From Prevotella phage Lak-A1, in the sequence record MK250016.1: a stretch of DNA of 32,000 nt; one strand, written 5' to 3'. The notes under the pieces were generated by a model. That model was not told the origin of the DNA. It saw only the letters and a list, made by a program, of their open reading frames with translations, and did not search any database. The position numbers were made by a program, and so were the translations under genes. Each line of letters begins with the position of its first letter. Position 1 is the stretch's first letter. This document shows positions 30,237 to 32,000 of the stretch, in pieces.

Positions 30237-32000
30237 TTATACTTTATTATTAACATTTATATATTTAGTAAAAGCAAAAGTATCACTATTATTACTAGAT
30301 ATATTATATTTATACATATATCTAATATAGAAACTACTTAAACCATAATATGTTTTACCATCAAAAGATGTTGGTGCTGGTAACTTAATACCATTAAGAT
30401 CTAACGATGGAATCTAAAATTTATTTGTACTAGTAATTGTTGGAGTATATATGTTCTTTGATAATATTTCATTATAATATTTATGAGTACGTGGTAATGT
30501 TGATGATGTTGTATGATCACTACTATTGTATAAATCTATATCATAAATTGAACAGTCTACATAAATTAAATCTTTTAATACTGGTGTAGCTACACTAGAA
30601 TCTCTATACTACATTTTCATATTTATAGTTACACCATTCTATATACTAGAATTTGTTGAAATTATATTGTTCAGTGAATATGTTGTATCGTAACATATAT
30701 CAGTATAAAAATCAGTTATATCTAATTCAACTCTAGTATGCTTGATAGACGCTCTAGTTGATGAATTAGCAACTGGATTTATAGATAATATTGCTGTTTT
30801 TTGTTTTGTATTATATTTCAAAGTACCAACTTTTGCGTACGTTGTTTTATACTTTGTTGCACTACCATTTGAATCTACATATGTATATTTTTCAGTGATT
30901 TTTATAGATGAATTTGTTGTATCTAACTAATTTATATCATTATTTAATAAATATAAAAAACTTTTTTGTGGATTAAAATCACCTCTATAAAATTGTATAT
31001 TACCCTCACTATATGTTTTAAATGAAATATCATTATAACGTACAAATTTAATATTTACTTTACCATCCCATCTACCACTATACCATGTCATCCATATATC
31101 AAAATTTAATGTTATATTCAATTTACTTAAATTAAATTCACTAAGTAATTTCTTAAAATTAATTGCAATTGATTCATATCCACAACCATGTGTATTATCA
31201 CCACTAAATGCTATATAACTATATACTTTAGTACTCTCATTATCATTTGTTTGAGCATAACCAAATGAATTTTTACATAAATCTACATCTGTATCTGCTA
31301 TTATTAATGAACCATTATCAGATCTAGTTAATAATGTCGCAGTATCCAAATCTTTGCCACCACTCCATTCATATACTAATCCAAATATATCAAATGCTGG
31401 GAAAAACTCACTATCACCATTTTGAACAATATCTTTATCTATTGTTTTTTGAATATCTCCATTTTTATATGTAACAGACCAATTTCGCTTAAATAATTTG
31501 TCTATATTTATATCTTCTACTCTTGCAGGAACGCTAAATATATATTCAATCTAATAATCTGTTATCGTAGGTCCAGAAACCTTTGTTGGAGTATAACTCA
31601 TAAATCCCTCAACTTCAGTAGATTCATTTAATACTAAATCTGTTGTAACATGATTTCCCTTTATATTAGGATCTGTTCCTACATAACCATAATATATTAT
31701 TTTACACTAACCACCTGATTTAGGTATAGGGTCTGGCTCATTTTTTAATATTAATTTTATATCACCTGGTTTTTGTGTAAAACTTATAGACTTTGATTTA
31801 TCTTGATATTTTACTGTAAATTTATATGTAATAGTATTTGCAGTTGTATTTGATGTAAATTTATATTTTCTACTTAATATTTTATATTCGTTATCTTCAG
31901 TTACTTTTCCGTCTGTTGACATAAAATTAAGTCCATCCCCAACTGTTTCATTTACAAATGTTACATTTTCTTTTTCTATTACATGTTCTTCATTTAATAT
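30237..32000 (-). CDS. large structural-type protein (beta-rich repeats; fibre/baseplate-like), >=588 aa, 5' end beyond the window
   Basis: 31707..31922, 30927..31349, 30639..30821 and the intervening DNA form a single open frame with several TAG codons. 1764 nt to the window edge is a multiple of 3. Ser/Thr/Asn/Tyr-rich. Confidence 0.75.

Noticed and set aside
1-32000. CRISPR array or retron-type system
   Set aside because: No regularly spaced direct repeats and no reverse-transcriptase motif such as YADD were seen. The repeats present are low-complexity coding repeats or single hairpins.

Overview
AT-rich 32 kb segment of a large, T4-like, alternatively coded bacteriophage. It carries a gp23-like major capsid protein. 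The nucleotide composition, the TAG recoding and a large acidic protein are compatible with gut Bacteroidales/Prevotella megaphages, but that lineage call is inference. The main point is that the supplied ORF track is fragmented by TAG. Reading TAG as a sense codon, most plausibly Gln (genetic code 15), rejoins many adjacent ORFs in the same frame. The rejoined products are: a 662-aa major capsid protein (16850..18838), a 1685-aa acidic protein (22479..27536), a 456-aa protein (27609..28979), a 387-aa protein (29059..30222), a >=588-aa structural-type protein running off the window (30237..>32000), a homing-endonuclease-like protein (9893..10849), and a complete IS607-family mobile element. 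The element consists of a MerR-HTH serine recombinase (13752..14357) and a TnpB-like RuvC nuclease (14409..15758) that appears to lack the usual zinc ribbon. Other content: an overlapping nadR-like/pnuC-like NAD salvage pair, a zinc-finger DNA methyltransferase, a Vsr-like mobile endonuclease with no visible start codon beside tnpB, a DUF2828/TROVE-like vWA protein, tandem LRR-like paralogs, an N-terminal peptide motif shared by otherwise dissimilar proteins, and long perfect hairpin terminators at gene ends. No CRISPR array or rRNA was seen. All homology calls are from motif recognition by eye, with no database search.
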